Source of the DNA: the human T2T-CHM13v2.0 reference genome, Homo sapiens
Length of the DNA stretch: 64,000 bases
Assembly (NCBI RefSeq): GCF_009914755.1
Contig: NC_060941.1
Direction: 5' to 3' (one strand)
Below are positions 49,458-63,054 of this stretch, in pieces. The notes below the pieces were generated by a model. It ran no database searches. It worked only from the letters and a program-made list of their open reading frames with translations, and was not told the DNA's origin. Position 1 is the first letter of the stretch, and every line of letters begins with the position of its first letter. The position numbers and the translations under genes are program-made.

Positions 49458-49982
49458 GTGAGCCAGGGACTGTGCCGCAGGGTGGGGAGGGGCTCCCAGG
49501 GCCAGGGACACAGCCACAGAGCCGTGGCAGGCCCAGCCTCTCCTCCGGTTACCACCACAGCACAAGGGGACTCTGGATCCTCTGACTCTTATTTCATTGT
49601 TCAGTTAAAGTCTGAGCAAATTGGAATATGTCATTAATTCATTTGGGGAACATGTGCTGAGATCTGTGTTAAATGCTGGCAATACCCACTGTTACCTCGT
49701 AGAGACCACAGTCTGCTGGAGGTGACAGACATCTCAATGCAGTTAGACTATCCCAGGTCATGAGTGATTATAGAAATATGGATCAGTGTTAGAGGAGCAT
49801 AGAGAAGAAACTGATTCAGCTTCTGAGAGTTAAGGAGGGGTTTATGGAAATAACATTTGATTTGGGCCTTTCAAATTGAGTCTAAGTTTAAAAGATATAA
49901 AGAGGTGTGGGGGAAGGGCATTCCTGGCAGAGGGAAGAGCATATGCAAAGGTGTGGAGGCCTAGAACTACACTGCAGCTTTA

Positions 49983-50349
<367 letters not shown>

Positions 50350-50392
50350 TGGATGGTGCCTGTTGCAGTTTGGGTGGAGTATAGATTCTAAC

Positions 50393-50548
50393 CACTTCAA
50401 GTATGGTCATCCAACCAGCAGCACAGCATCCCCAGAGGGCTTGTTAGAAATGCACAGTCAGGCCCGCCCCAGAGTAATTGAATCAGAACCTGCATTTAAC
50501 AAGATCCTCAGATGATTCATGTGCAGACACAGTTTGGGAAGCCCTGGC
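50393..50548. mobile_element. MER5A-like hAT DNA transposon relic
   Basis: cttgttagaaatgca...gaatcagaacctgcatttaacaagatcc..agatgattc resembles recalled MER5A. Confidence 0.7.
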
Positions 50549-51008
50549 TTAAAGGGCATGGTGAAGAAGAGGCAGGTTGCAGCCAGTCTCTGCAGGGTCT
50601 TGGCTGCTGGGCCAAGTTTGGGTGGGGCCAGGTAGGCTGTGGGGAGCCTTTGAAGATGTTTAAGCCAGGGAGTGTCTGGTTCTCGTTTGTGATCATAGAG
50701 ACAGCTTTAGGGGCCTCGTGGAGGAGTTGGGGCAATGGACAGGGTCTGCTTTAGGGATTCTGCCCCTTACTGCTGTGTGGCCCTGGGCAAGCAGCTTAGT
50801 CTCTGGGGTGCAGAGTCCTCATTGCAAATGGAGAATGAAGCCACCCCCCTTGCAAGGTTGTTGTGAGGAAGGCTGGAGATCTGGCCTGGCACGAAGGAGT
50901 TTTTCTGTAGTTGGCTGTGGATGTTTACTGTGGTGTAGGTTGGAGGGGCTGTGCAGTTTCCTGCGAAGCTGTGGGGTGGTGAGGAGACTTTTACAAAGAA
51001 AATATGGC

Positions 51009-51010
<2 letters not shown>

Positions 51011-51052
<42 letters not shown>
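51011..51052. repeat. (CA)21 microsatellite
   Basis: Read directly; a perfect array of this length is likely length-polymorphic. Confidence 0.96.
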
Positions 51053-51053
<1 letters not shown>

Positions 51054-51139
51054 CACTAACTACAGACAGTAAAGAGTTTACAGAGCAAAACTTCTGCTCC
51101 TGACCATGGAAGTCTTGCCAATGATCGACTCAGGACTGG

Positions 51140-51781
<642 letters not shown>

Positions 51782-52249
51782 GATTCAGGACTGCTGACCA
51801 CTGCTTTATCTCCCATTCCGTAAGGGGCCAGGAGCAGAAGCTTGAAACGTCAGCAACCCGATCTAGGGCACCTCCACCTCTAGCTGGAGGGAGCCTTGGG
51901 CCCTAGTCCAGTCCTCCCACAAGCACCTTTCTGAAGGAAGGGGCCCGCTGGGAGGCCCGGGTGTGGGCATGCCTAGCCTATCTGTGGCCCCTTACCAAGT
52001 CCTCTGTCCTCTGGGTCTTCCCGGACCTGCAGACAGATGTAAGGCCTCGGATTTCCGCCCCTCTGCCCAGCCCATATCTCTCTGCACGAGGCATATTCTA
52101 GGCAGGTTCTGCTTTCCCGGTCTCATCACTTAAGTCCTGTCATTTCGAAGGCAGGCGCCCCGTCGTGTCCCCAAAGCATCCACATTTCCCAAGCTCCCTT
52201 CCGGTCCTTGAGGCCCCTCGGGTCTCAGCAGCCACTAAAATCCGCTTGT

Positions 52250-52350
52250 CTGGGGCGGCAGCCTCAGGTCTTAGCTCATTGGCTAACAAGAGATGATTGA
52301 CAGGTCCTGAGCCAGAGAGCGAGCCCACCGGGCTCTCAGTCCGCCCAGCT
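52250..52350. promoter_or_regulatory. Composite GC-box / inverted CCAAT / PBX-PREP decamer element
   Basis: GGGGCGG at ~52252, ATTGG 52278-52282, TGATTGACAG 52294-52303, CCGCCC ~52341. Confidence 0.6.
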
Positions 52351-52987
52351 TTGCCGGGTCTCCAGGAGCAGGTGTGGCTGGACCACTGGAATCCCAGTCT
52401 GAGGCCGTGTTCTAGTGGGCGCGCAGTTTCCTGCCCGACTAGGCAGAATCCTGCCCGAGCATGACACTGTGGGTGGTTTGGTGAAGTCCTGTTTTCTCTT
52501 GCCAAGACCAAGTAAGGGCTTGTTTGCCTCAGCTGCCCTCGGATCCCAACCCCTAGAAGGTGAACCTGAAAGGCATGGAAATCGGGGCAAGGGAGGGCCT
52601 GGGACGGGTGGATTTCTCAGCCCTGGGGTTCAGGGTTAGGAGTTAGGAGCGGGGAAGGAGTCCCAGCTGGGGGATGGGGCCGATCTGTAGTGACTTTGAG
52701 CACCTCCTAATGTTCTCGGTTGCCCGTCCACCAAGACCTCAGATTCCTGGTGGGCTTGCCTGGGCCCCATTAGTGGCTCAAGGTCCCGTTTCCCAGTTTT
52801 CTCCCTCCTGGGCTTCCCAGACCTGCACAGAGTGGGTGCTCAATAAATGTTATTTGAGAGAATAACAGTGATTCCATTTACTAGGCAGGGGGCCATAAGC
52901 CAAGCTTGAATCTCATAGCAGGAAACCCCATTTACAGAGGGAGAAACTGAGGTTCATGGGGCTGGTTTGTCCTTTCTACCCATCGTT

Positions 52988-53297
52988 TATTGACTGATTG
53001 ATTGATGCATTGATTGAGATAAGGTCTTGCTGTGTCGCCCAGGCTGGAGTTTAGTGGTGCAATCATGGCTCACTGCAGCCTTGACCTCCCCGGGTCAAGT
53101 GATCCTCCCACCTCAGCCTCCTGAGTAGCGGGACCACAGGCGCACATCACCATGCCTGGCTAATTTTTTATTTTTTATAGAGATGGGGTCTCCCCTTTGT
53201 TGCCCAGTCTGTTCTTGAACTACTGGGCTCAAGCAATCCTCCAGCCTTAGCCTTCCAAAGTGCTGGGATTACAGGCCTGAGCCACCATGCCTGGCCC
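52988..53297 (-). mobile_element. AluJ-type with (TTGA)n tail
   Basis: Antisense Alu; flanking near-repeat acccatcgtt / acccatcgta. Confidence 0.87.
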
Positions 53298-53574
53298 ACC
53301 CATCGTATTCTGAGAGCCACAGCCAGAGGAAGTGTTCTGTCCTGGGTGGAATCTGCCACCACGACTTGGGTCTCTGTCCCGGGGCTCCAGCAGCCCTGTA
53401 AAGTTTTGTGTTTTTTTAGCATTTCCAAGACCTGTGGTGGGGACCGGGATTGATCTGGGAGAGTTTGGAGAGGAGGTGACTGGGAGGCCTTGCCTGTGTT
53501 GACGTCAACCCAGTGGGTTGGTTCCCAGACTGGGCGGCTCAGTCCCTGAGCAGCAGCCTCATGGGTCTCTGCAG

Positions 53575-53763
53575 ACAGGTGGGCCAATGTGAAGGTGGAG
53601 TGCGAGCCGAGCTGGCAGCCCTTCCAGGGCCACTGCTACCGCCTGCAGGCCGAGAAGCGCAGCTGGCAGGAGTCCAAGAAGGCATGTCTACGGGGCGGTG
53701 GCGACCTGGTCAGCATCCACAGCATGGCGGAGCTGGAATTCATCACCAAGCAGATCAAGCAAG
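53575..53763 (+). CDS. MRC2: MRC2 exon 7 (CTLD2 N-part), 189 nt
   Basis: ctctgcag|AC AGG TGG...CAA G|gtgagg; CEPSWQPFQGHCY. Confidence 0.96.
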
Positions 53764-53923
53764 GTGAGGAGCTGCCCGCCCACGTGTCTGGGTGGAGGGC
53801 AGGGCCTCCCACTGCCCCACCCATCCTGTCCAGGAGCCTCAGAGAATGTTCCTTCCTCCCTACTGGTGGCTGAGGCTGACCTCTCAATGTTTTCTCTCCC
53901 CTCCTCTCCTGCTGCACCCCCAG

Positions 53924-54078
53924 AGGTGGAGGAGCTGTGGATCGGCCTCAACGATTTGAAACTGCAGATGAATTTTGAGTGGTCTGACGGGAGCCTTGTG
54001 AGCTTCACCCACTGGCACCCCTTTGAGCCCAACAACTTCCGGGACAGTCTGGAGGACTGTGTCACCATCTGGGGCCCG
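53924..54078 (+). CDS. MRC2: MRC2 exon 8 (CTLD2, EPN motif), 155 nt
   Basis: accccccag-type acceptor ending 53923|AG GTG GAG...GGC CCG|gtgaga; WIGLND...WHPFEPNN. Confidence 0.96.
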
Positions 54079-54619
54079 GTGAGATCTCCCTCTCCCTATC
54101 ACAGGGCCACAAAATACACCCCCAACCTCCAGGTGCCACCCCAGCTGAAGGACATCCTAGTTACTATCAGAACCTGCCTGGAACCTCTTACCTCTCAGCA
54201 GTCCCCCTCCTCCCCACCAATGCCTTCCCTTCCATGTGAGAGACTGCCGGGGCTTGAATCCTACCTCCACCTCCACCTCCAAGTAGCCAAGTCACCTTGG
54301 GCAAGTTACTAGAGGGTCACTGGGGAGATCAGAGGAGTTAATTCTCGTGAAACCTTAGGCACAGTGCCTGGCGCATTCTTGGTCTCCTCCCAGCTGCCCT
54401 TCCCTGCCAGAAGGTGGCATCAGAACCCACATTATGTGCAGATACTTTGCAAGCAGGGCTGCACTCTGCCAGCCCTCGCCCCCAGTGCTCTACCCAGTCC
54501 AGGGTCCTGTCATCTCAAGAGATTGTTGGGTTTTATGACAATTTGCCATGGTTTGGGCTTAGATGTGGTGTAAGTGAAGGAATTGATGGAGGGCTTCAAG
54601 CAGAGATGAAAGACCCTTA

Positions 54620-55765
<1,146 letters not shown>

Positions 55766-55987
55766 TAAGTTTCAAGGCGTTTGCACATGAACTGCTTGTG
55801 CTCTCATCCACCCTGTGAGGCTTATGGGTTCATCCCGCCTTCCCCATTGCACAGCTGGGACACAGACATGTCAGAATCACACAGTAAGTCAGAGACAGGG
55901 CCAGCTCTAGGAACCAGATTCCAAGAAGGATTTGGGAGATTTATGGGGAGGTGGGGGTTGAGATTCTTCCTCACCCTGTGTCCGTAG

Positions 55988-56095
55988 GAAGGCCGCTGGA
56001 ACGACAGTCCCTGTAACCAGTCCTTGCCATCCATCTGCAAGAAGGCAGGCCAGCTGAGCCAGGGGGCCGCCGAGGAGGACCATGGCTGCCGGAAG
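55988..56095 (+). CDS. MRC2: MRC2 exon 9 (CTLD2 WND plus linker), 108 nt
   Basis: ccgtag|GAA GGC CGC TGG AAC GAC...CGG AAG|gtgagg. Confidence 0.96.
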
Positions 56096-57714
56096 GTGAG
56101 GGTGTTTCTGGAGCTGCCCTGAGTGGGGCCACCTGTCAGAGGGGCTACCAGGGGAGGGAGAGGTGGATGAACTCCTGCTGCCTCGCATGGCATCGCCCTC
56201 TCGTCGGCACCCCCTTCCCTGAGCTCTCCAAACTGCTCCTTTATTGAAGGAGTGATACTGGATGGGATGGGACGGGTGGGCGCTGTTGGGAGGAAGCAGA
56301 GCTCCCCACCCCCAGCCCAGTCCTGAGTCCCTCCCCATGGGGGAAGCCACTTCCTCGAGACAGCAGAGAACAGGGAGGTGGGGGCTGGTCTACCCCCGAG
56401 TGCCCCCTCAGAGTCCAGCCTAGTCATGTCAAGCAGTGGCTGCCGAAGTGAAGTGTGGCCCCTGTGCACCGCCAGTCCTGACTTCCCCCTCCTCTGCCGT
56501 CTGACACAGGGCGTGTGCTGGTCTGTCTCCCCTGGAGGAGTGAGGCCACTCAGGGTGGGGCTGCACCTTCCCCCTCCTTGTGTTCCCAGCCCCAGTGGGC
56601 TTCTAGAGGATGTTTAGGGAGGTTGAGGGGGGGGGTGTCAAGGAATGAAAGCTGTGTAAGTGAGTGGGGGGTGAGTGACTGAGGGTGTGAGGGGGTGACA
56701 GACCCTCTCCTCCTCCAGGGAGTGGAGCAGGGGTGCAAATGCTGTGATGGGTGCGGGGAGCTTGCTTCTAAAAGACACTGCTTGGCCCTTGGCCCCCCCC
56801 AGCAGCCCCTTGCAGCCAGGCTGGCTCCTCACTCTGTTTTCCTTTGGATTAAGCCCCTACCACACCCACCTGGACCCCAAAGCCTCCCCCAGAAAATGAG
56901 CAGGAAACACTAACAGGCATGGCCCCATGGGCGAGGAAGCAGAGGGGAGAGCAGAGCCCAGCTGCGGAGTCTGTGGACTGGCAAGGACAGTGCCTGGCCC
57001 AGGGGCTGTGTCATGGCTGCGAAGAGGTGAAGGGAGGAGTAGAGAGGAATTACCAACTTCTCTGGCACCAAGGCCAGCCTGGAATTTGTGTGGGGAGTGT
57101 TGAGGGTCCATGGTTAACAGCCCAGGATCACCAGGGGTCTTGGCACAGCCCCTGCCAGCAGATGAGGCCCCCACCACACATACCACATCTGCTTCTCTTC
57201 TGCCTTGGCTCCTGCCAGCCTCGCCTGCCAGGGTCTCGTCTCTGAGCCCCTCCTGCCATCCCCGGGCCAGGAGCATCCTGCGCCGACTCCAGCTTTGCCA
57301 GGCCCTCGAGGACTGCCCATCCCCTCTCCATCCTGGCAGCTCTCCCCAGCCTTTAGCTGTGGTTTCCCAGCCAACAGTAATTTCCCCACTGTGTCTCTTG
57401 GTTTAAATGCCCAAGAGAGGAGCCTGAAGGGCCATTCATCTTCCCGAGCCGGGTCACTGGCCGGTCGCTGGTGGCCTGCCAATCAGCCACGCTGGGGCTG
57501 GGCCTCCACCCCAGCTTCCACAGCTGTGGGTGATGGTGGAGGGGGAATGTGGAGAAACGAGGTGCAGAACACAGCCCAGTACTCAAACCAGTCCCCTCCG
57601 TCCTGAGCACGTTCAGTGATGTCCCTGATGGCATCTCCCACCACAGGATTTATGGGTGAGGGTGGAGAGTCATCTTCCCTACAGACACCCCTCTTCTGTC
57701 CACTCTTGAGCCAG

Positions 57715-57830
57715 GGTTGGACGTGGCACAGCCCATCCTGCTACTGGCTGGGAGAAGACCAAGTGACCTACAGTGAGGCCCGGCGCCTGTGCACTGACCA
57801 TGGCTCTCAGCTGGTCACCATCACCAACAG
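57715..57830 (+). CDS. MRC2: MRC2 exon 10 (CTLD3 N-part), 116 nt
   Basis: gagccag|GGT TGG ACG...AAC AG|gtacag; GWTWHSPSCYW. Confidence 0.95.
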
Positions 57831-58307
57831 GTACAGCAGGGGCGGGTGCCCTGACTAGCCCTTGCCCATGTCTGGGCCTATTGTGGTCCCTTCAGCAAAC
57901 AGGGTAGCATCTGCCATCATGCCCAGAGGGACCTGGAGTCCTGTGAACCTCAGTGGGCTCCAGGGCATTTTAAAATCTTGTCAGAAGAATGACTCTCACT
58001 TGTTAAGTGACCCCAGTGTAGGGCAGGGCCCGGGCAGGCACAGGTGTGGGCTGGATACTTGAGAAAGAGAGGCCTTGGTTGTGTCTGATTTTCTCTACTT
58101 TCTTCTCAGCAAAGCAAGGGGTGCAGAGAATAGAAGGGGCAGCTGGGGGTTCCATAAATCAGCTGCAGGGCTCCCAGGCGTCCCTGCTTTCTTGAGCAAG
58201 TTATTGGTCGGGTGCAGCACCCGAGCTCCCACGGTAGGGCGTCTGGCCTGTGACTGGGGGATTGGGAAGCAGGGAGATCCCTGCCCTGACCAGCCTGTCT
58301 CCTGAAG

Positions 58308-58456
58308 GTTCGAGCAGGCCTTCGTCAGCAGCCTCATCTACAACTGGGAGGGCGAGTACTTCTGGACGGCCCTGCAGGACCTCAACAGCACCGGCTCCTT
58401 CTTCTGGCTCAGTGGGGATGAAGTCATGTACACCCACTGGAACCGGGACCAGCCCG
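58308..58456 (+). CDS. MRC2: MRC2 exon 11 (CTLD3), 149 nt
   Basis: ctcctgaag|G TTC GAG CAG...CCC G|gtgagc; frame continuity requires the AAG acceptor. Confidence 0.94.
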
Positions 58457-59193
58457 GTGAGCCCCTTATTTGACTTGCCTTGGTGAAGCGAGGAGGGAGG
58501 CCAGGGTGGACTGGCCCTGCCAGCACCGAGCCCCAGGGCTTCCCCATAAACAGATCATTGGTGCACTGTGGTGTAGTGTCTATGAGCACAAGCTCTGAAA
58601 CCAAACTGCCTGGCTCCGATCATGACTCTGCCATCTTTTAGCTGTGCATCCTCTGAGCCTCAGTTTTCTCATCTGTCCAGTGGGAATAATGATCCTTTCC
58701 TCATAGGGATGACATGAGTCTTAAATATGTGTAAAGTGCTAATATGTGTAAAGAGTTAATGTGTGTAAAGTGTCTAGATTACTTCTCTATCTGGGCTCAC
58801 AAAAAAGAAACAAATAATCTCTTCTCTATCTGGACTCATTTAAAAAATGTGTTCAGAATACTGAGCGCAATACAAGTGCTTGTTATTACTATTATTACCA
58901 TTTCACATTCATTATCTTTCTAACCCCTTCAATAACCTGATGAGGTAGATGATGAAGCAGGCTCGGTGAGGTTAAGCAGCTTGCCTGAGCCCTCACAGTG
59001 GGTGAACCCAGAGCCAGGGCTCTGCCTCCATTCCCTTCCTCCCTCCTGGCTCCAACCCCAGAGAGCATGTCTCTGAAGAGGTGGCCAAGCTGGTTCCCAG
59101 TGTGAGGGCCGTGCTAGTGCCCTGCCGGGATGTGAGGGAGGACCAGACTATGAATCCTTCTCAGAGCCTGGGTCTCCCTTCCCTCTCCTTCAG

Positions 59194-59411
59194 GGTACAG
59201 CCGTGGGGGCTGCGTGGCGCTGGCCACTGGCAGCGCCATGGGGCTGTGGGAGGTGAAGAACTGTACCTCGTTCCGGGCCCGCTACATCTGCCGGCAGAGC
59301 CTGGGCACTCCAGTGACGCCGGAGCTGCCGGGGCCAGATCCCACGCCCAGCCTCACTGGCTCCTGTCCCCAGGGCTGGGCCTCGGACACCAAACTCCGGT
59401 ATTGCTATAAG
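59194..59411 (+). CDS. MRC2: MRC2 exon 12 (CTLD3 C-part, Pro/Thr linker, CTLD4 start), 218 nt
   Basis: ctccttcag|GG TAC AGC...TAT AAG|gtaggg. Confidence 0.96.
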
Positions 59412-59694
59412 GTAGGGCAGCCTGTTGGCCGGGTAGGGGGCAGGGGGAGGACAGGAGCAAAGAGACAGTTTGGATGGAGGTCCCAGTGGGACCAGCCACA
59501 ATCCAGAGACACACCAGGCTGCAGACGGGTGATTTCTGGTGAGACTTGTCCATGGAATCTGGAGGCCTGGTGCTCAGTAATCATTTGAGGAATTGAGGGA
59601 ACCACAGATCATTGATTTCAGAGGTTCCCAAATGTTGGGGCCAGCCTAGCTGTTCTTCAGAATTGCTTGGGGAACCTGATAAAAATAAAATCTT

Positions 59695-60075
<381 letters not shown>

Positions 60076-60428
60076 TCACGCTAGGTTTGGGAGCCACTGG
60101 CAGAGTCCGAGGTCTTTTATTATGCACAGAAACTGAAGTCTAGGGAGAAGAAGGGACTTACCCACGTTAAGCTGTGGCTCTGCTGGGATTAGAGCCCAGA
60201 TCTCCCTGCTGGTCAGGGGATGGGGCTCAGGGGCCCTCTCCAGAAGGTGACTGTGCCAGCTCCCCTCCCCAGACCTCTGCAGATGAACAGGATTGTCCTT
60301 AGCTAGCCTTAGCCCCCTGTCCAGTAAGGCTCCAGGCCCCTCCTCTGCCATGGTGGGAAAGGCAGTAGGTGCCCCCTGAGGGGTGGGCCAGTGGGGACAG
60401 CTTAGACAGCTGGACTCTGCCCCTGCAG

Positions 60429-60571
60429 GTGTTCAGCTCAGAGCGGCTGCAGGACAAGAAGAGCTGGGTCCAGGCCCAGGGGGCCTGCCAGGAGCTGGGG
60501 GCCCAGCTGCTGAGCCTGGCCAGCTACGAGGAGGAGCACTTTGTGGCCAACATGCTCAACAAGATCTTCGG
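60429..60571 (+). CDS. MRC2: MRC2 exon 13 (CTLD4), 143 nt
   Basis: ccctgcag|GTG TTC AGC...TTC GG|gtactg. Confidence 0.94.
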
Positions 60572-61724
60572 GTACTGAGCCGGGCTGAGGCGTGTTAGGA
60601 GGGCACCCGCACACGTGTAGGAGCAGGCATGGCCGACAGACCCTTGGTTTTGTTGGGCGAGCAGGGGGATGGCAGAATGTGGGTGACCCCAGGGAGGCCT
60701 GCATCTGCTGCTGGTGCCAGGACCATCTTGTCCTCACTCAAGTAGCCATGGTGCCCTGGCATCTTGGGAGAACAGGCTGGTGTGATCCATGCACTCATAG
60801 GAGACTGTGTTTTGCTCACCATCATCCCCCCAGCAATGCTCCAACAGACCCACAAACTTACATATGTACCCCCCACCCCATTGCAAAATCTCCCACATGC
60901 TGGTCCTGGCAAGTGTTTCCCCTCACCTTACACCATCCTACAATGACCCACACTCCTCAATCCACAGTTTTTCCTGAGAGATAGGAGGAGAAAGGCCGCA
61001 GCTATGAGGATTTGCCCATGGGCCTCCCTCTGAGACACCACCTCTGTCCTGGGCTCTGAGCATTAGCACGTGGAATCCCCTAGCACTGGGAAAATCGAGA
61101 TGGATCTGGGCTTCCTGATAGCTTAATTGAAGGGATCTCTCCTCTCAGCAAACATTGAAATTACATTATTTGTCTCATAATTACAATAGCTCATGGTCAT
61201 CACTTCTCACCACGTACCAGGCACTGTGCTAAACATATAGTCCTCACTCAAGCCTCCCGACAACCCTATGGAGCAGACGTTAACCCCTGACCCTTGTGGG
61301 TTGATAGAGAGGTTATTTGCCCAAGTTCATGGGTGAACGGATACTTGAATCCAGGTTTATTTAACTCCAGAGCCGTAGATCCCTGCCACCTCCTCATCTG
61401 AACTTCCTAAACTCCGTAAAGTAAAAGCCTGCAGAATCTTGCTGGACAGGGCACCCCCACCCAAAAGGAACCCAAACAAAGGGGAGGGGCCACTGCCCCT
61501 TGAGTGGATGGCTTGGTCCAGCTCTCCCCAGCTCTGTCTTGTGGGGAGAACTTTACCGAAGTGACCTCAACGCTGTATCGATGGGTCAATGTGAAGCCCA
61601 GATGGAGAGGCCCCAGGCCCTGGGGGCTGCCCCGGTCACAGCTGCAAGGGACAGGGGGCACGTTTGGGTTCCTGCCCCTCTCACTTCCCATCTCTTCCGT
61701 CCCCACTCCTGGGTTGTGCTGAAG

Positions 61725-61827
61725 TGAATCAGAACCCGAGATCCACGAGCAGCACTGGTTCTGGATCGGCCTGAACCGTCGGGATCCCAGAGGGGGTCAG
61801 AGTTGGCGCTGGAGCGACGGCGTAGGG
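61725..61827 (+). CDS. MRC2: MRC2 exon 14 (CTLD4), 103 nt
   Basis: gtgctgaag|T GAA TCA GAA...GTA GGG|gtgagg; WFWIGLNRRD. Confidence 0.93.
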
Positions 61828-62094
61828 GTGAGGGGGCCTGGGGTACTTGGGACTGCGAGGCCGGGAGCTTGGTGGGCGGGGCCTGTTTGGGGCGGGGCCT
61901 GGAGGTGGGCGGGTTTTCTTGAGGGCCGGGCCCCCAGTCGGAGCCGGCTTCAGGAAAGCAGGTCCGAGAGGGGTCACCCGGCCCCCGGTGAGAATTCGCA
62001 GCTCAGGCCAGGCCTCTTGTTCACCTGTTCCGGGCATGGGGGCGGCCTGCACCTTGCGCCTCACGTTCCTCTTCCCTCCACCCGCCTCCTCCAG

Positions 62095-62233
62095 TTCTCT
62101 TACCACAATTTCGACCGGAGCCGGCACGACGACGACGACATCCGAGGCTGTGCGGTGCTGGACCTGGCCTCCCTGCAGTGGGTGGCCATGCAGTGCGACA
62201 CACAGCTGGACTGGATCTGCAAGATCCCCAGAG
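62095..62233 (+). CDS. MRC2: MRC2 exon 15 (CTLD4 C-part), 139 nt
   Basis: cctccag|TTC TCT TAC...AGA G|gttggc. Confidence 0.95.
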
Positions 62234-62342
62234 GTTGGCCGGAGTGGCGCTGGGGGACGCGGGATGGAGCGAAGGGTGGCGGGGCCAGGAATTCCAGGGA
62301 GGGTCTCCTTTCCTCACAACGTCTTTGTCCTTGTTCCCCTAG

Positions 62343-62378
62343 GTACGGACGTGCGGGAGCCCGACGACAGCCCTCAAG
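62343..62378 (+). CDS. MRC2: MRC2 exon 16 (36-nt linker mini-exon, GTDVREPDDSPQ)
   Basis: ttcccctag|GT ACG GAC...CAA G|gtgagc. Confidence 0.93.
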
Positions 62379-62724
62379 GTGAGCACCCCCCAGCCCATCC
62401 CGCTACCCATCGCGTGGGAGAGGGCGTCAACTCTGGGGTAAGTCCCGAGAGGCCTGAATGAAATGGAGGGGATGAGGAGTTCCGGTCGAGAGAAGGGGGA
62501 CGGGGTTGGCTCGGACGGAGGCAGCCACAGCCCTGTTTGCTTCCGTCTGGGAGGCGAGGCAAGCCTGGGGCCTGGGGCCTGGCACGGTGCCTGCCTGGGT
62601 CCGGTGTGCCTGCAGGCTCGCCTGCTGCCGCCTGGCTCTGCCCCGGCCCTGCCGCGCCCGCCTCCGGGGCCTGGCGTGCAGCCTCTGCCTGGCCGCCGCT
62701 CCCACGCCCGCGCTGCTCCTGCAG

Positions 62725-62885
62725 GCCGACGGGAATGGCTGCGCTTCCAGGAGGCCGAGTACAAGTTCTTTGAGCACCACTCCACGTGGGCGCAGGCGCA
62801 GCGCATCTGCACGTGGTTCCAGGCCGAGCTGACCTCCGTGCACAGCCAGGCGGAGCTAGACTTCCTGAGCCACAACTTGCAGAAG
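62725..62885 (+). CDS. MRC2: MRC2 exon 17 (CTLD5 N-part), 161 nt
   Basis: ctcctgcag|GC CGA CGG GAA TGG...CAG AAG|gtgggc. Confidence 0.95.
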
Positions 62886-62986
62886 GTGGGCATTGGATTG
62901 AGCAGGGGGCTGCAGGCTGGGGGAGGGCAGGCCCGGGATGAGGGCAGGGGGCTGCCTACCCACACCTGCCCGCCTGGCTTCTCCAG

Positions 62987-63054
62987 TTCTCCCGGGCCCA
63001 GGAGCAGCACTGGTGGATCGGCCTGCACACCTCTGAGAGCGATGGGCGCTTCAG
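62987..63054 (+). CDS. MRC2: MRC2 exon 18 (CTLD5), 68 nt
   Basis: ttctccag|TTC TCC CGG...TTC AG|gtagga; HWWIGLH. Confidence 0.95.

Larger units (their letters stand above)
61750..62900. promoter_or_regulatory. Intragenic CpG-rich island over exons 14-17
   Basis: CpG-dense introns 14-16; tandem GGGCGGGGCCTG GC-boxes at ~61874-61900. Confidence 0.7.

Noticed and set aside
58722-58840. Short repeats (aatatgtgtaaag-like x3; cttctctatctgg x2) with a repeat-spacer look
   Set aside because: Local slippage duplications at the end of a MIR-like relic; not CRISPR-like, with no constant repeat-spacer periodicity and a eukaryotic context.
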